Shown here in pieces: positions 48,982 to 59,115 of a stretch of 64,000 nt of DNA. The notes beneath the pieces are model-generated. The model did no database searches, was not told the DNA's origin, and saw nothing but the letters and a program-made list of their open reading frames with translations. Each line of letters opens with the position of its first letter. Positions within the stretch are counted from its first letter, which is position 1. The stretch is taken from contig JBBABA010000006.1 in NCBI GenBank assembly GCA_041657955.1, positions 64,566-128,565 on the forward strand, written 5' to 3'. The position numbers and the translations under genes were made by a program. This DNA is from Thermoplasmata archaeon. GTDB lineage: Archaea; Thermoplasmatota; JASEFT01; JBBABA01.

Positions 48982-50537
48982 TTACATTTACCTCCTTTTT
49001 CTTCACGCAGATGAACAACTTGTTGTGGGTATGGTATCTCGATGCCTTCTTCGTTGAATCTATGATAGATGTTCGTATTTAGATAATCCTTAACGTCAAA
49101 CCTGTATTTTCTGTCGGTTAGCCAGACCATAACAAAAAAGTTTATGCTGTATTCTGCCATCTCCTCGAATCGGATTATCGGCTTCATGTCAGGGTTATTT
49201 CTGATTATATACTCGCATCCATTTATCACCTCGCGGATGATTTTTTTGACCTTTTCTAAATCGCTGCCGTAAGCCACGCCAAATGTCATCATTACTCTGC
49301 CTTTGTCTTCCGGGCCAGAAAAGTTTGCTATCTTTTCGTTTGCAAGTTTATTATTCGGTATAGATACGATGCTTGCATCCGAAAATCTGAACAGCTTTGT
49401 TGACCTCAATCCTATTTTGCGGACTTCGCACCAGTCACCGTCAGCCAAAACAATGGTATCCATTTCTTTGAATGGCCTGTCTGTCAGCAAGAAAATGCCG
49501 CTGAAAAAGTTGGATAATGTTTCTTGCGCCGCAAATGCCAGCACCATGCTGACGACTACGCCGCCCGCTATGAACATTGTCAAATCCAGCCCTATGTACC
49601 CCAAAATATAGCCAAGCGCCAGAAGCCCTATGGCAACCGTTCCGATTTTCTCGACCACAGGTATGAGGAAGTCGTCAATTTGCGATGCTGTCTTTTTAGC
49701 AATTATTTTTCCGTAATACAATAAAACGTCTTTGAATATTCTATATGCAACATAAAACACAACAAGTGTGGCGCCTACGCGGTATATCTGATATATGTAA
49801 TTTAAGGCAACTTCTGGTATATACTGATCTAACGCGCTAAGGGACGCGATAAAGCCATACAAGAATATCAAGATAAGGACCGGGATGCGTATTATTGATA
49901 ATACAATATTGTCAACCCTATTTTTACTTTTTTTAGTCAGCCTTCTTGCCAGCGGGTCCACTATGCAGATTACAAGTGCGGATATGCCGAGCCACGCCAA
50001 TATGTCAACGAGGAAAACGCCGAACTCGTTGTTTAAAGGTGCGGGCAGCGGGTTTTTAAAGCGGTCGAAAATCTTTTTTTCCTCAGGTTGAGGCGGCGAT
50101 TCGGATGTCTGCGCCTCTGCGTGTTTAGTTTCTATCATTATGGCGCTGTTATTTTGAAGGACTGTGAATACCACAGTTATGTTTGCATAGCTGTCATAAT
50201 CCGCGGGAGAGAGCGTGGTAATTGTTGCAGTGATTATTCCATTTGGTGTCAATACGGCGATGGGTGGATTAGCGCTCGCAATCCATTTTTGGTTAGAAGC
50301 CGTTGTGTTTATGTAAACAGTGTATGTAAAATTATATATGTCTACGTCCCGCATCGTCCAATTGAAGGTTGCGTTTTCTCCGGGATTTACTATTTTCGTA
50401 TAATTGTCGATTTCGAACATTTCGATTGGCTGTTGCGCCGCGAAAACAGCTTTGGCAGAGAAAATCTGTGTGATTATGATCAGTGAAAATAAAACTACCC
50501 AGTACCTTTTTTGGTATCCAAACATACGATTTTTCAT
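48978..50537 (-). CDS. mscS: MscS-family channel with an extracellular N-terminal domain
   Basis: LAFAAQETLSNFFSG, DRPF, IGLRST, IPN, FGVAYGSD and GIEIPYPQ. Confidence 0.92.
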   Translation of the reverse strand: MKNRMFGYQKRYWVVLFSLIIITQIFSAKAVFAAQQPIEMFEIDNYTKIVNPGENATFNWTMRDVDIYNFTYTVYINTTASNQKWIASANPPIAVLTPNGIITATITTLSPADYDSYANITVVFTVLQNNSAIMIETKHAEAQTSESPPQPEEKKIFDRFKNPLPAPLNNEFGVFLVDILAWLGISALVICIVDPLARRLTKKSKNRVDNIVLSIIRIPVLILIFLYGFIASLSALDQYIPEVALNYIYQIYRVGATLVVFYVAYRIFKDVLLYYGKIIAKKTASQIDDFLIPVVEKIGTVAIGLLALGYILGYIGLDLTMFIAGGVVVSMVLAFAAQETLSNFFSGIFLLTDRPFKEMDTIVLADGDWCEVRKIGLRSTKLFRFSDASIVSIPNNKLANEKIANFSGPEDKGRVMMTFGVAYGSDLEKVKKIIREVINGCEYIIRNNPDMKPIIRFEEMAEYSINFFVMVWLTDRKYRFDVKDYLNTNIYHRFNEEGIEIPYPQQVVHLREEKGGKCK

Positions 50538-50621
50538 ATATTTCCCACCTTGATTTATATAATCTAGATTGTGTGAAGATTGGCTATTCCCCTATATAAA
50601 ATCACGTATGCACGATTTCAT

Positions 50622-52034
50622 CTACCCCGGCGTCCGGTCTGTGCTTCCATTCAAATCCAAGTTACGCATCGCAATAAGCCCGATCATCAAGAATACTGCT
50701 GCACATAAAAATGCAATTTTATAATCGAACATATAAGCAACCGCACCGCCGATGAATGCGCCACATACCGAGCCTATGCCGGTTACTGCGTTATACGCAC
50801 CCAATGCCTCTCCCTCGGCAGTCTCTGGTGCAAGATGGGAGGTGGCAGTTACACCGCAAATAGTAATAATCGCCCAACAAAAAGCAGAAAGCGTGTTCAA
50901 AATTCCCACTGCCAAAATCGCCAGTTCTCTGTTAGACAAAAAGGGAACGGCCCTTCCGGTGTAGCCCATAACCAGAAAGTAACCGACAAATGCAACGACT
51001 GGAAATATCACCATTCTTGCGCCTACAGCTCCCATCTGTAACTTTTTTGTGCCGAAACGCTCAGCCAACTTTCCCGCTTTGACGTACATCATTGCGCCCA
51101 TAGCTGAATTGGCGATATATATCAGAAAAATTTCAGTGTCGGACGCTCCGAGTACCTGCTTAAGAAATATAGGGAAAGGCGCGTAAAAAATCGTAAATCC
51201 TATAAAAAATATAAGCACGGCTACAAGATATGTGACCAGCTCATGCCCGATGTGTACGCCGTGGCGTTCGCGAAGATATTTTAGGTTTCTAATCCCCGGA
51301 AGATGGTGAAGCAACGGCGGAGAATACCGCGCCCGTTCTGTCAGCGTTCTGCCTTCTTTATCCGCCTCTTCGTGGTACTTTCTCTCGGTTTTAGTTTTCG
51401 GCTCTTTTATTAATATGAGCGCGAGAATTACGGCCAAAAATGCACTTGCCGAGCAGATTAATATGAGAAATCTTAGGCTTTCCTTTGGATCGAACAATAT
51501 AGCGATATAGCCTAGCCATATTGTGCCCAGCACCAACCCCGCCACATGACCGAAGCCGTTTATCTTGTTCAAAGCACCTATTTTCTCGGGCCATACTTTC
51601 TTGTCAGATGACTCCATTACCAGTATGTTGCTTACAGGTGCGCTTGCCGCGCCTATAAAACCCAAAAACATAACAAGAAGGATGAATGCTTCTATAGTAT
51701 TTGCCCTGCTCATCAAGAAAAGAGAAACGGCTACGCCGAGAAAGCCCAGTATTATGAAAAATTTTCGGTGTTTCCACCTGTCGGAAAGCTCACCCCATAA
51801 CACATACGCAGGTATGGAAGCCAACGATGATAGCGATACTGCTGTACCAACCTGTGCGACAGTGCCGCCGAGTGTATCAGTGATAAACAAAGGTATTACT
51901 GGTGAAGTCACACCGCTTGCTGCAGCGTTTGGAAAAAACGAATATTCCCATTTATCCGATTTCTTGCCCCCATCCTCGTTCAAATAATTCACCTCAATCC
52001 TACACCCAAACCCTGAGGTGGATTTTCCATCCAA
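50622..52034 (-). CDS. MFS transporter
   Basis: About 12 TM helices, with WGELSDRW..RK and GKLAERFG loop motifs. Start uncertain. Confidence 0.88.
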   Translation of the reverse strand: MDGKSTSGFGCRIEVNYLNEDGGKKSDKWEYSFFPNAAASGVTSPVIPLFITDTLGGTVAQVGTAVSLSSLASIPAYVLWGELSDRWKHRKFFIILGFLGVAVSLFLMSRANTIEAFILLVMFLGFIGAASAPVSNILVMESSDKKVWPEKIGALNKINGFGHVAGLVLGTIWLGYIAILFDPKESLRFLILICSASAFLAVILALILIKEPKTKTERKYHEEADKEGRTLTERARYSPPLLHHLPGIRNLKYLRERHGVHIGHELVTYLVAVLIFFIGFTIFYAPFPIFLKQVLGASDTEIFLIYIANSAMGAMMYVKAGKLAERFGTKKLQMGAVGARMVIFPVVAFVGYFLVMGYTGRAVPFLSNRELAILAVGILNTLSAFCWAIITICGVTATSHLAPETAEGEALGAYNAVTGIGSVCGAFIGGAVAYMFDYKIAFLCAAVFLMIGLIAMRNLDLNGSTDRTPG

Positions 52035-52170
52035 TATTATCGTATTATCGATGTAATGTTAGTTATTATATATAATCCTTATCGGGTTGCTAGGATTGTG
52101 GTATACAACCATATTTTTGAAATATTTTTGAGTAAAAAGATTATATCATTGAACTGCTATCAATTATCTA

Positions 52171-53709
52171 ATGACTGAAACAGAGGATTGCCTGAGAAAG
52201 AACTTCAGAATAAGCGATATAGAGACCACAAAAGACGTAATCTTGCCGAAAGAACCGTTGGAAAGAGTTATTGGTCAAGATGAAGCGGTTACATTGGCAA
52301 GAGTCGCGACGATGCAGAGAAGGCATTTGCTTTTAGTCGGCCCTCCTGGAACTGGCAAGTCCATGATCGCTCAGGCAATGTCGTTTCACATCCCCAGACC
52401 AAGTGAAGAGGTTCAAATAGTTCACAACCCAGAAAATCCGGAAAGGCCTTTTGTAGAAGTGAAAAACAGAGTTGATGTAAGCAGAGAGAATGATGAGAAG
52501 GGATCCGCGGAAGGGGAGATTATCAAGCCCGAAGACACGCCGTCGAAGGTAGCGGAAGAACTTGGATACAGGTGCACCAAATGCGGAGTGTACTCTCCGC
52601 CAAATGAGAATACGTGCCCTTCCTGCGGCGTTTCCAAACTCGCGGGCATGGGAAAAATAACGCCCGGCAATCCCTTCGCAGATATAATGGGCATTGTGGA
52701 AATCACTATAAACAAAATGGCTGGCGGGAAAGAGAGAGTAACAACTACTAGAAGGAATTATGCAGGAAAAGAAGAAGTGGTCGTCTACGAACGCGCGGGG
52801 GATAAGATAAGGTTTTTAGATCAAAAAGCGCTCGAAAAGCGGAGAGCGTTCGAAAAAATCCGCCCCAGAAAAGTATTGATTAAACTAGAGAGGAATCCTT
52901 TTGTTCTTGCAACCGGTGCGAGCGAGACAGAATTATTAGGCGATGTCAGGCACGACCCCTACGGCGGGCACCCCCAACTGGGAACACTTCCCTATGATAG
53001 GGTTGTTGCGGGATGCATCCATGAAGCCCACGAAGGAGTGCTTTTTATTGATGAGATTCCTCATTTAGGAAATCTTCAAAGATATATTCTAACTGCGATG
53101 CAGGAAAAGAAGTTCCCGATATCGGGCAGAAATCCACAGAGCGCGGGTGCGAGCGTAAAAGTGGACGCTGTTCCTTGTGATTTTATTTTTGTAGGTGCAT
53201 GCAACATCCAGGATTTGCCGAGCATACTTTCGCCGCTTAGGTCCAGAATAGCTGGTGCAGGTTACGAAGTCCTGTTAGAAACGACTATGAAAGATACAGA
53301 GGAAAATCAGGCTAAATTAGCACAATTTATTGCACAAGAGATAGTGATAGACAAAAAGATTCCTCAAGCTGCAAGGGGCGCCGTAGAGGCAGTAATAAAC
53401 GTAGCAAAAAAAAGAGCGAAAGAAATCGATAATGTCGACAACGCCCTTACCTTGAGATTAAGGGAATTAGGCGGACTCGTTAGAGCGGCGGGCGACATCT
53501 GTGTTACAACTGGCGAGGATTTGATTAGGGTAATTCACGTAGAGAAGGCGGTTAAACGTGCAAAAGTCGCTGAGGAGCAGATAAAAGAAAAGTACGGCTC
53601 CTATTACAGCGGACTTGCCATGGATATCAGCCACTCGCAAAAAGAAGGCACGTCGCCGTATAATTATTGGCACAAACATATACACGACGATAAAAGAGGG
53701 TATGAATAG
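52171..53709 (+). CDS. LonB-like AAA+ ATPase lacking the protease domain
   Basis: VIGQDEA, GPPGTGKS, LLGDVRHDPY, GVLFIDE and LRLRELGGLVR; CTKC...CPSC insert. No Ser-Lys protease domain follows. Confidence 0.88.
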   Translation: MTETEDCLRKNFRISDIETTKDVILPKEPLERVIGQDEAVTLARVATMQRRHLLLVGPPGTGKSMIAQAMSFHIPRPSEEVQIVHNPENPERPFVEVKNRVDVSRENDEKGSAEGEIIKPEDTPSKVAEELGYRCTKCGVYSPPNENTCPSCGVSKLAGMGKITPGNPFADIMGIVEITINKMAGGKERVTTTRRNYAGKEEVVVYERAGDKIRFLDQKALEKRRAFEKIRPRKVLIKLERNPFVLATGASETELLGDVRHDPYGGHPQLGTLPYDRVVAGCIHEAHEGVLFIDEIPHLGNLQRYILTAMQEKKFPISGRNPQSAGASVKVDAVPCDFIFVGACNIQDLPSILSPLRSRIAGAGYEVLLETTMKDTEENQAKLAQFIAQEIVIDKKIPQAARGAVEAVINVAKKRAKEIDNVDNALTLRLRELGGLVRAAGDICVTTGEDLIRVIHVEKAVKRAKVAEEQIKEKYGSYYSGLAMDISHSQKEGTSPYNYWHKHIHDDKRGYE

Positions 53710-53839
53710 GTTGGGATGTGTTTATTATGCAACAAACCATCCTAATTCAAACAATACTCAACGTTATCCTCTAAGATGCAGAAGATAGAAAGATTTATAT
53801 GATATCAAAAAGATATCTATTTGGTGAAATGGTGATATA

Positions 53840-54085
53840 ATGACAGAAACGCAAGTCATACTTAGAATAGAAAAAGGCATCCTAGAAGAGCTCGATAGGT
53901 ATCTTCCGACCTATGGTTTCAAAACGAGAAACGAGTGGTTCAGAACCAAAGTACGAGAATTTATCGAGGAGTCGAAAAAACGGAGAATGCTTGAAAAACT
54001 CGATAAGCTTACGGTGGACGACATAACCGAAGAAGAGATAGCCCAGATGGTCAGGGACTGGCGTAAGCGAAAGGCGAAATATTGA
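53840..54085 (+). CDS. RHH (CopG-like) antitoxin
   Basis: VILRI...LEELD...GFKTRNEWFR..VR; overlaps the PIN gene start. GATATC-N5-GATATC upstream at 53801-53817. Confidence 0.82.
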   Translation: MTETQVILRIEKGILEELDRYLPTYGFKTRNEWFRTKVREFIEESKKRRMLEKLDKLTVDDITEEEIAQMVRDWRKRKAKY

Positions 54086-54507
54086 CTGTAATCGTCGATA
54101 CGAACGTGGTAATAGCCGCCCTGATTAAAGACGGCGTTGTACGAAGGATACTTGTCGGGAACCCAGGTGCATGGGTAATGCCAGACACATGCTTCGAGGA
54201 AATATGGCGGCATAGGGGCCGATGGAATAGACATAATGTTGGAGATAACGAATTAAAAACGATATTAGATGAATTTGTCGAGGATTATGTTTTCCTGTTG
54301 TCGTCCGAAGTTTACAATGAGAAAATGAGCGCCGCCGAGAAATTATCGATCGACCAGGATGATGCGCCAGTGATCGCCCTCGCATTGTCTGTTGAGAATG
54401 AAGGCATCTGGACATTTAACACAAAGCATTTCAAGAATGTTCAGTCTGCTGGTATAAACTTACTTACCACTGAGGAAATCGCAAAGACGTATAAACCAAT
54501 GAAGTAG
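54082..54507 (+). CDS. vapC: PIN-domain toxin (VapC-like)
   Basis: IVDTNV, EE, DQDDAPVIALAL and IWTFN.KHF. Confidence 0.88.
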   Translation: MTVIVDTNVVIAALIKDGVVRRILVGNPGAWVMPDTCFEEIWRHRGRWNRHNVGDNELKTILDEFVEDYVFLLSSEVYNEKMSAAEKLSIDQDDAPVIALALSVENEGIWTFNTKHFKNVQSAGINLLTTEEIAKTYKPMK

Positions 54508-54640
54508 TGCAGAGAGGCAAATGATGAACTGCCAGCAAATATTACTCTACGAACAAACAGAAAAACCCAAAATTTTCATCCCCTGCCCGACCGAGCACCC
54601 GACAATCGCCCACCCAACCGAAACCGACTACAGGGGGGCG

Positions 54641-55204
54641 ATGTTCAACGAAATTTTATTTGATTATTTTTCAGAATATAAAAACAAGATAACAATAAAC
54701 CCGATTTTTAACGACATAATAAATCAGAGCCAAATCGAAGCCCAGTTCAACCCCTACTCGGTCGAGAACATCCCGCCGAGGATCGAAAACGTAAACATAC
54801 ACTACACCCACCTAAAGGTGGGTGCGCTTCCAAATCTATGGAATTCCAGCGATATAGACAAGAATTCCATACGATCGTACAAAATTCCACCAATGAATTT
54901 TGTAGATTTCACTTATGAGGCGGTTGTTCCCGTGAAATTTGTAAACAGCGACGTAAAGTACAGCTGGGAAGAGATCCATGTCTCCATGGACGTAGTAAGC
55001 AGTATATGGAGCTTATTCAACTGGATCGTAAAGACAATAACACAGGTAGTCACGCAGAAGGTGGAGATCGTAGAGCACTGCTGGGCTGTCGTAAGCTGCG
55101 ACGTCTACGACGTCAGCAAGATAAGCTACGTGCAGATCAGGGTCATAGACACTGACAAGTCGAAGACGTTCTACCCGCAGGCAACGCAGGCACACTTATT
55201 CTAA
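54641..55204 (+). CDS. Hypothetical protein, possibly a gene fragment
   Basis: Open frame from 54521; AGGGGGG RBS-like sequence precedes ATG 54641. No recognisable motif. Confidence 0.45.
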   Translation: MFNEILFDYFSEYKNKITINPIFNDIINQSQIEAQFNPYSVENIPPRIENVNIHYTHLKVGALPNLWNSSDIDKNSIRSYKIPPMNFVDFTYEAVVPVKFVNSDVKYSWEEIHVSMDVVSSIWSLFNWIVKTITQVVTQKVEIVEHCWAVVSCDVYDVSKISYVQIRVIDTDKSKTFYPQATQAHLF

Positions 55205-55248
55205 CAATCTTTTAATATCGCAAATCCATACACTTTTCGGTGCAAATT

Positions 55249-56529
55249 ATGAATGAAGAAATCAAATCGGTAATCGGCCTTGTAGACCAACACCACGCAT
55301 GGTTTGAAAACTCGCTTTGTATGATAGCGTCCGAGAATCTGATAAGCCCGTTGGCAAGGGAAATGCTTGTCAGCGATTTCGGAGACAGGTATGCGGAAGG
55401 CTTGCCAGGCAAGAGATATTACAATGGATTGGTCTATTTCGACCAGGTGGAAACCAAGTGCATGGAACTTGCAAGAAAGGTGTTTGACGCAAAATATGCA
55501 GATGTCAGGCCGACGTCCGCAACCGTAGCAAATATAGGCGTTCTTTTTGCCCTTACAAAACCGGGAGACATAATATCAGTCCCAAACCTGGCAGACGGGG
55601 CGCACATCAGCACCGCAAAATTCGGTGCAGTCGGCGTGAGAGGGCTGAATCCGGTCACATATCCTTTTGATATAAAAAACATGAACATAGACATTGACGC
55701 CACGATAAAGGTGCTCAAGGCCGCAAGGCCTAAGGTCTGCCTTTTCGGCATGTCAGTATTTCTTTTCCCGACGCCCATCAAAGAGCTGATGCCTACAATA
55801 CAAGAAATAGGTGCGAAAACGTGGTATGACGGGGCTCATGTCCTGGGCCTTATTGCAGGCGGGGAATTCCAGGATCCACTGCGGGAAGGCATAGACGTTC
55901 TGACAGGCAGCACCCACAAGACACTGCCAGGACCTCAGCATGGAATTGTAGTAAGCAATGTGGGAGATGAAGAATTCCAGAAGAAACTCGCATCGGGAAT
56001 TTTCCCGGGCGTTGTGAGCAATCATCATCTTCACTGTGTGGCCTCGCTTGCAATTACTCTGGCGGAAACTTTGGAGTTCGGAAAAGTGTATGCAAAACAG
56101 GTAATAAAGAATGCCCAGGCACTCGGACAGGCGATGTACGAAGAAGGGCTGGACGTGCTCTGCCCGCACCTCGGATTTACGAAATCTCACGCGCTAGCCG
56201 TAAACGTCTCGAAGCACGGCGGAGGCAAGCTTGTATCTGACAATTTAGAAAGGGCAAACATCATCGCCAACAAGAATATGCTGCACGGAGACACAAAACC
56301 GATGACGCCAAGCGGCATAAGACTTGGCACGCAAGAATTGACAAGGATAGGCTTGAAAGAAAAGGACATGAAGGACGTTGCAAAACTATTGAAAAAGGTA
56401 ATCATAGATCAAAAAGACCCTAACGTGGTAAAGAAAGAAGTCACAGAGTTTAGAAAAGGGTTCAAAAAAATACATTACTGTTTCGACAAGGGCGTCGATC
56501 CTTACAAGAGATTTAAGCTGGTGCAGTAA
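55249..56529 (+). CDS. glyA: Serine hydroxymethyltransferase
   Basis: IASEN, YAEGLPGKRYY, GSTHKTLPGP (PLP Lys) and PSGIRLGT. Confidence 0.97.
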   Translation: MNEEIKSVIGLVDQHHAWFENSLCMIASENLISPLAREMLVSDFGDRYAEGLPGKRYYNGLVYFDQVETKCMELARKVFDAKYADVRPTSATVANIGVLFALTKPGDIISVPNLADGAHISTAKFGAVGVRGLNPVTYPFDIKNMNIDIDATIKVLKAARPKVCLFGMSVFLFPTPIKELMPTIQEIGAKTWYDGAHVLGLIAGGEFQDPLREGIDVLTGSTHKTLPGPQHGIVVSNVGDEEFQKKLASGIFPGVVSNHHLHCVASLAITLAETLEFGKVYAKQVIKNAQALGQAMYEEGLDVLCPHLGFTKSHALAVNVSKHGGGKLVSDNLERANIIANKNMLHGDTKPMTPSGIRLGTQELTRIGLKEKDMKDVAKLLKKVIIDQKDPNVVKKEVTEFRKGFKKIHYCFDKGVDPYKRFKLVQ

Positions 56530-56656
56530 GGCTTGATGCGGCCTACTGGTTTCATGTTGTTTTAGGCGCATGTTCAACGGTAGTCGGGCCCTGCCCGACC
56601 CCAATATTTATAGATATAGAAATCATATCTCCTTTATTCATATGGAGGATTTGACA

Positions 56657-56845
56657 ATGGCGACTAAAGATGTAAAAAACATTATGAATGAGAAGAGCCT
56701 CGAGTTGAAGAACTGGTTCAAGGACATAAGCGCTGTGCTGGAACAGTGGAAGTTTTCCGTCGAAGAGACGAAAGAAGGCACACGTGTGGAGCTGCATGCA
56801 GTGGCCCTTATCAAGCATCCCAAGGAAGGGCAAAAAAGAAAATAA
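56657..56845 (+). CDS. Small conserved hypothetical protein (paralog A)
   Basis: GGAGG RBS. WKFSVEETKEGTRV matches paralog B. Confidence 0.8.
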   Translation: MATKDVKNIMNEKSLELKNWFKDISAVLEQWKFSVEETKEGTRVELHAVALIKHPKEGQKRK

Positions 56846-56883
56846 GTAACCGCACTCTCCTTTTTCGGAACTGTGTTTTTCAA

Positions 56884-57723
56884 TCAACTTCTCAAGAGAT
56901 GCAACAACTTGTTCTTCGTTTGGTCGGTGAAGCGAATATCCGGACGCCTCTGGACCAGTTTGACATAATCCGCGGCGGCCCGGAGGTGCTGACGAGAGTA
57001 GTGTTTCCTGGCTATCTTCACTATCTCTTCGACTGGCAGGCACTCAAGGAAAGAGCATATCAGACAGGCAATATCATAGGCCTGTTTCTTGGCTGCAGGC
57101 ACACCCTCGCGGAAGCGACCGACGTCGAGGATGTAGATGTTTTTCCCCACCATTATGTTGTCGGGTTTTAGGTCACCATGGAAAATCTTCATTCTGTGCA
57201 TCTTCTTCAGATAACGGAAAACCATGTCGATCTGCCTCGGGTCGACCTCCTTGAATGCAGAAACTGGCTTCACATCGAGGAATTCAGCCACGAGAAGCCA
57301 CAGTATGCCGTGTATCCAATGATAACCATGGGGCTTGGCTGTCGGTATTCCGCTGTTATAGATAGCCTGCAACATCTCGTACTGTTCCCTCGCCATGTCC
57401 TCTGCAGTCTCGGAGTTCCCGAATATAGGGTCCTGCGCGTTCATTCGCAGATAGACGTTCTTGAAGAACTGCATAGAACGGGCAGAAAATATGTCGCTGC
57501 CACCAAGTATTTTGCCGAAGTAGTGAACCTTCTCGCCTTTTTCATTTAGGCCAGTAATTTTTATCGGAATAGAAAGTCGGGAAGTGTTCGAGCTGATGGG
57601 GCGGATGGAGACTTCCTTCATGCCGTAATTTTCGGCCATTATCCGGCGGATATTCTGTAAAACTTCGCGAAAGAAGGTGCGGTAAGTCTCGTCGTGATTT
57701 GTCTCAGTCATTTTAGCTGTCAT
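56884..57723 (-). CDS. Atypical Ser/Thr protein kinase (RIO/Bud32-like)
   Basis: YFGK, E helix, GIPTAKP, IFHGDLKPDN and ILDVG. Confidence 0.85.
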   Translation of the reverse strand: MTAKMTETNHDETYRTFFREVLQNIRRIMAENYGMKEVSIRPISSNTSRLSIPIKITGLNEKGEKVHYFGKILGGSDIFSARSMQFFKNVYLRMNAQDPIFGNSETAEDMAREQYEMLQAIYNSGIPTAKPHGYHWIHGILWLLVAEFLDVKPVSAFKEVDPRQIDMVFRYLKKMHRMKIFHGDLKPDNIMVGKNIYILDVGRFREGVPAAKKQAYDIACLICSFLECLPVEEIVKIARKHYSRQHLRAAADYVKLVQRRPDIRFTDQTKNKLLHLLRS

Positions 57724-57734
57724 CGGTTATCTAC

Positions 57735-58610
57735 CTACACCTTTCCTTTCGTTTGTTCAGCCTTTGTATGCAGCTCACGAGCTTTCGCTTGAGCATTTCT
57801 CTTCTTCCGACCCACCCACCACATCGCCAGCAGGAGGCAGAACATGCGATAATAGTAAATCTTGATGCGGTGCTTTACTCCACGTCCGTATTCAAGCACG
57901 GGTTTGCCCTTGTAGGCGAAGATGAAACGCCAGACAGCCAGCTCCGGCACCTCGAACAGGAACTCGTTGGTATTCAGAAGGACATCTTTATCATTCACTA
58001 CAATATCCATATCTATGAAGCCTTCACGTTTCAATGGCACTCGGACGCCGCGGCCGAAGATGACGCGGAATATGGCGAGAGCCAACACTTCGACAGTAGC
58101 GACATCAATGACGCGTTCGATGTGCGGCTGTCGCGCCTGCGAGTCTGCCACTTTGTTCGTGTCCGGCGCGCTATTCTCTTCATCTTTACTGTCATCCTTT
58201 CCACTATCCTTCCCGCTCTCCCTTTCGGCCGCATTTTCGGCTGCCTTCTCCGTTGTTTTATCCGCGATTTCCCCCGCACGAGACATGTTATCGTCCGGCT
58301 CCTGCGATCTCTCCACATAGGGTGCGCCCTCTTTGTGGTACTCGCTGCGCATTTTACTTTTGCCTTTGGCCTTCCAATATTGTTCAAAAGAATCTAAATC
58401 GGACTCGCTACCAACCGCGTTCTCGAGAAGGCCGTCCTTATGATATTCCCCAATGACCTTTCGTCCGGCCGGTTCCTTCCATTCCTCAGGATTTAGGAGG
58501 ATACGTGCATCCTTGCCGGCCCCGGTCGGGGTGCTTTCACGTTTCCGCGTCTCATCGGGCTTCTCGCCATCAGGTTTCTTCGTATTATCAGACAATTTGT
58601 CAGGGTTCAA
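57735..58610 (-). CDS. Hypothetical protein (disordered charged N-half, folded C-half)
   Basis: 291-aa ORF tightly packed between paralog B and the kinase (10-11 bp gaps). Confidence 0.75.
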   Translation of the reverse strand: MNPDKLSDNTKKPDGEKPDETRKRESTPTGAGKDARILLNPEEWKEPAGRKVIGEYHKDGLLENAVGSESDLDSFEQYWKAKGKSKMRSEYHKEGAPYVERSQEPDDNMSRAGEIADKTTEKAAENAAERESGKDSGKDDSKDEENSAPDTNKVADSQARQPHIERVIDVATVEVLALAIFRVIFGRGVRVPLKREGFIDMDIVVNDKDVLLNTNEFLFEVPELAVWRFIFAYKGKPVLEYGRGVKHRIKIYYYRMFCLLLAMWWVGRKKRNAQAKARELHTKAEQTKGKV

Positions 58611-58620
58611 GCAGGACCAC

Positions 58621-58818
58621 CTATTTTTTTATAAGTATCTGGAATCGGGCGAAGATGCGCGTGCCATCACGGAATTCTTCTATTGAGAATTTCCAGTCCT
58701 CAATCTCAGCGTTGAGGTTTTCGAAGAACTTGTCTATCTCCTCCACTATCTTCTCCACATTTTCCTTATTCCCCCCGACGAGTTGGAGGACTGAACTTAT
58801 CCTCTCTTTCTTGCCCAT
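58621..58818 (-). CDS. Small conserved hypothetical protein (paralog B)
   Basis: GGAGGGG RBS. WKFSIEEFRDGTRI matches paralog A. Confidence 0.8.
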   Translation of the reverse strand: MGKKERISSVLQLVGGNKENVEKIVEEIDKFFENLNAEIEDWKFSIEEFRDGTRIFARFQILIKK

Positions 58819-59115
58819 TCTAAACCCCTCCGAATAAACACACATTATCTATCGCACAATACATTTCGTTCGAATGGTTCCTATTTAGCTCATTCGCTAT
58901 CATAGCATTTCAATTTAGCAATGAGACACTTATAGATATATATTTTTATTCTCAGTTCGATCTCTAAATTGAACCGATACAATATTAATAATTTGAAATA
59001 AAAAAAATAGAGTGGCGAGAGAAAAAATATTCTACTTGTGATGTTGCAAATCGCCATCCGTTTTAAATTGATATCCGTTTAAACTGGTATTCTTTTTGAT
59101 CGCTGCGTTTATCGT

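Noticed and set aside
54581..56600. 12-bp direct repeat CCCTGCCCGACC on either side of glyA
   Set aside because: A short C-rich match found post hoc around a core gene, with no supporting mobility evidence.
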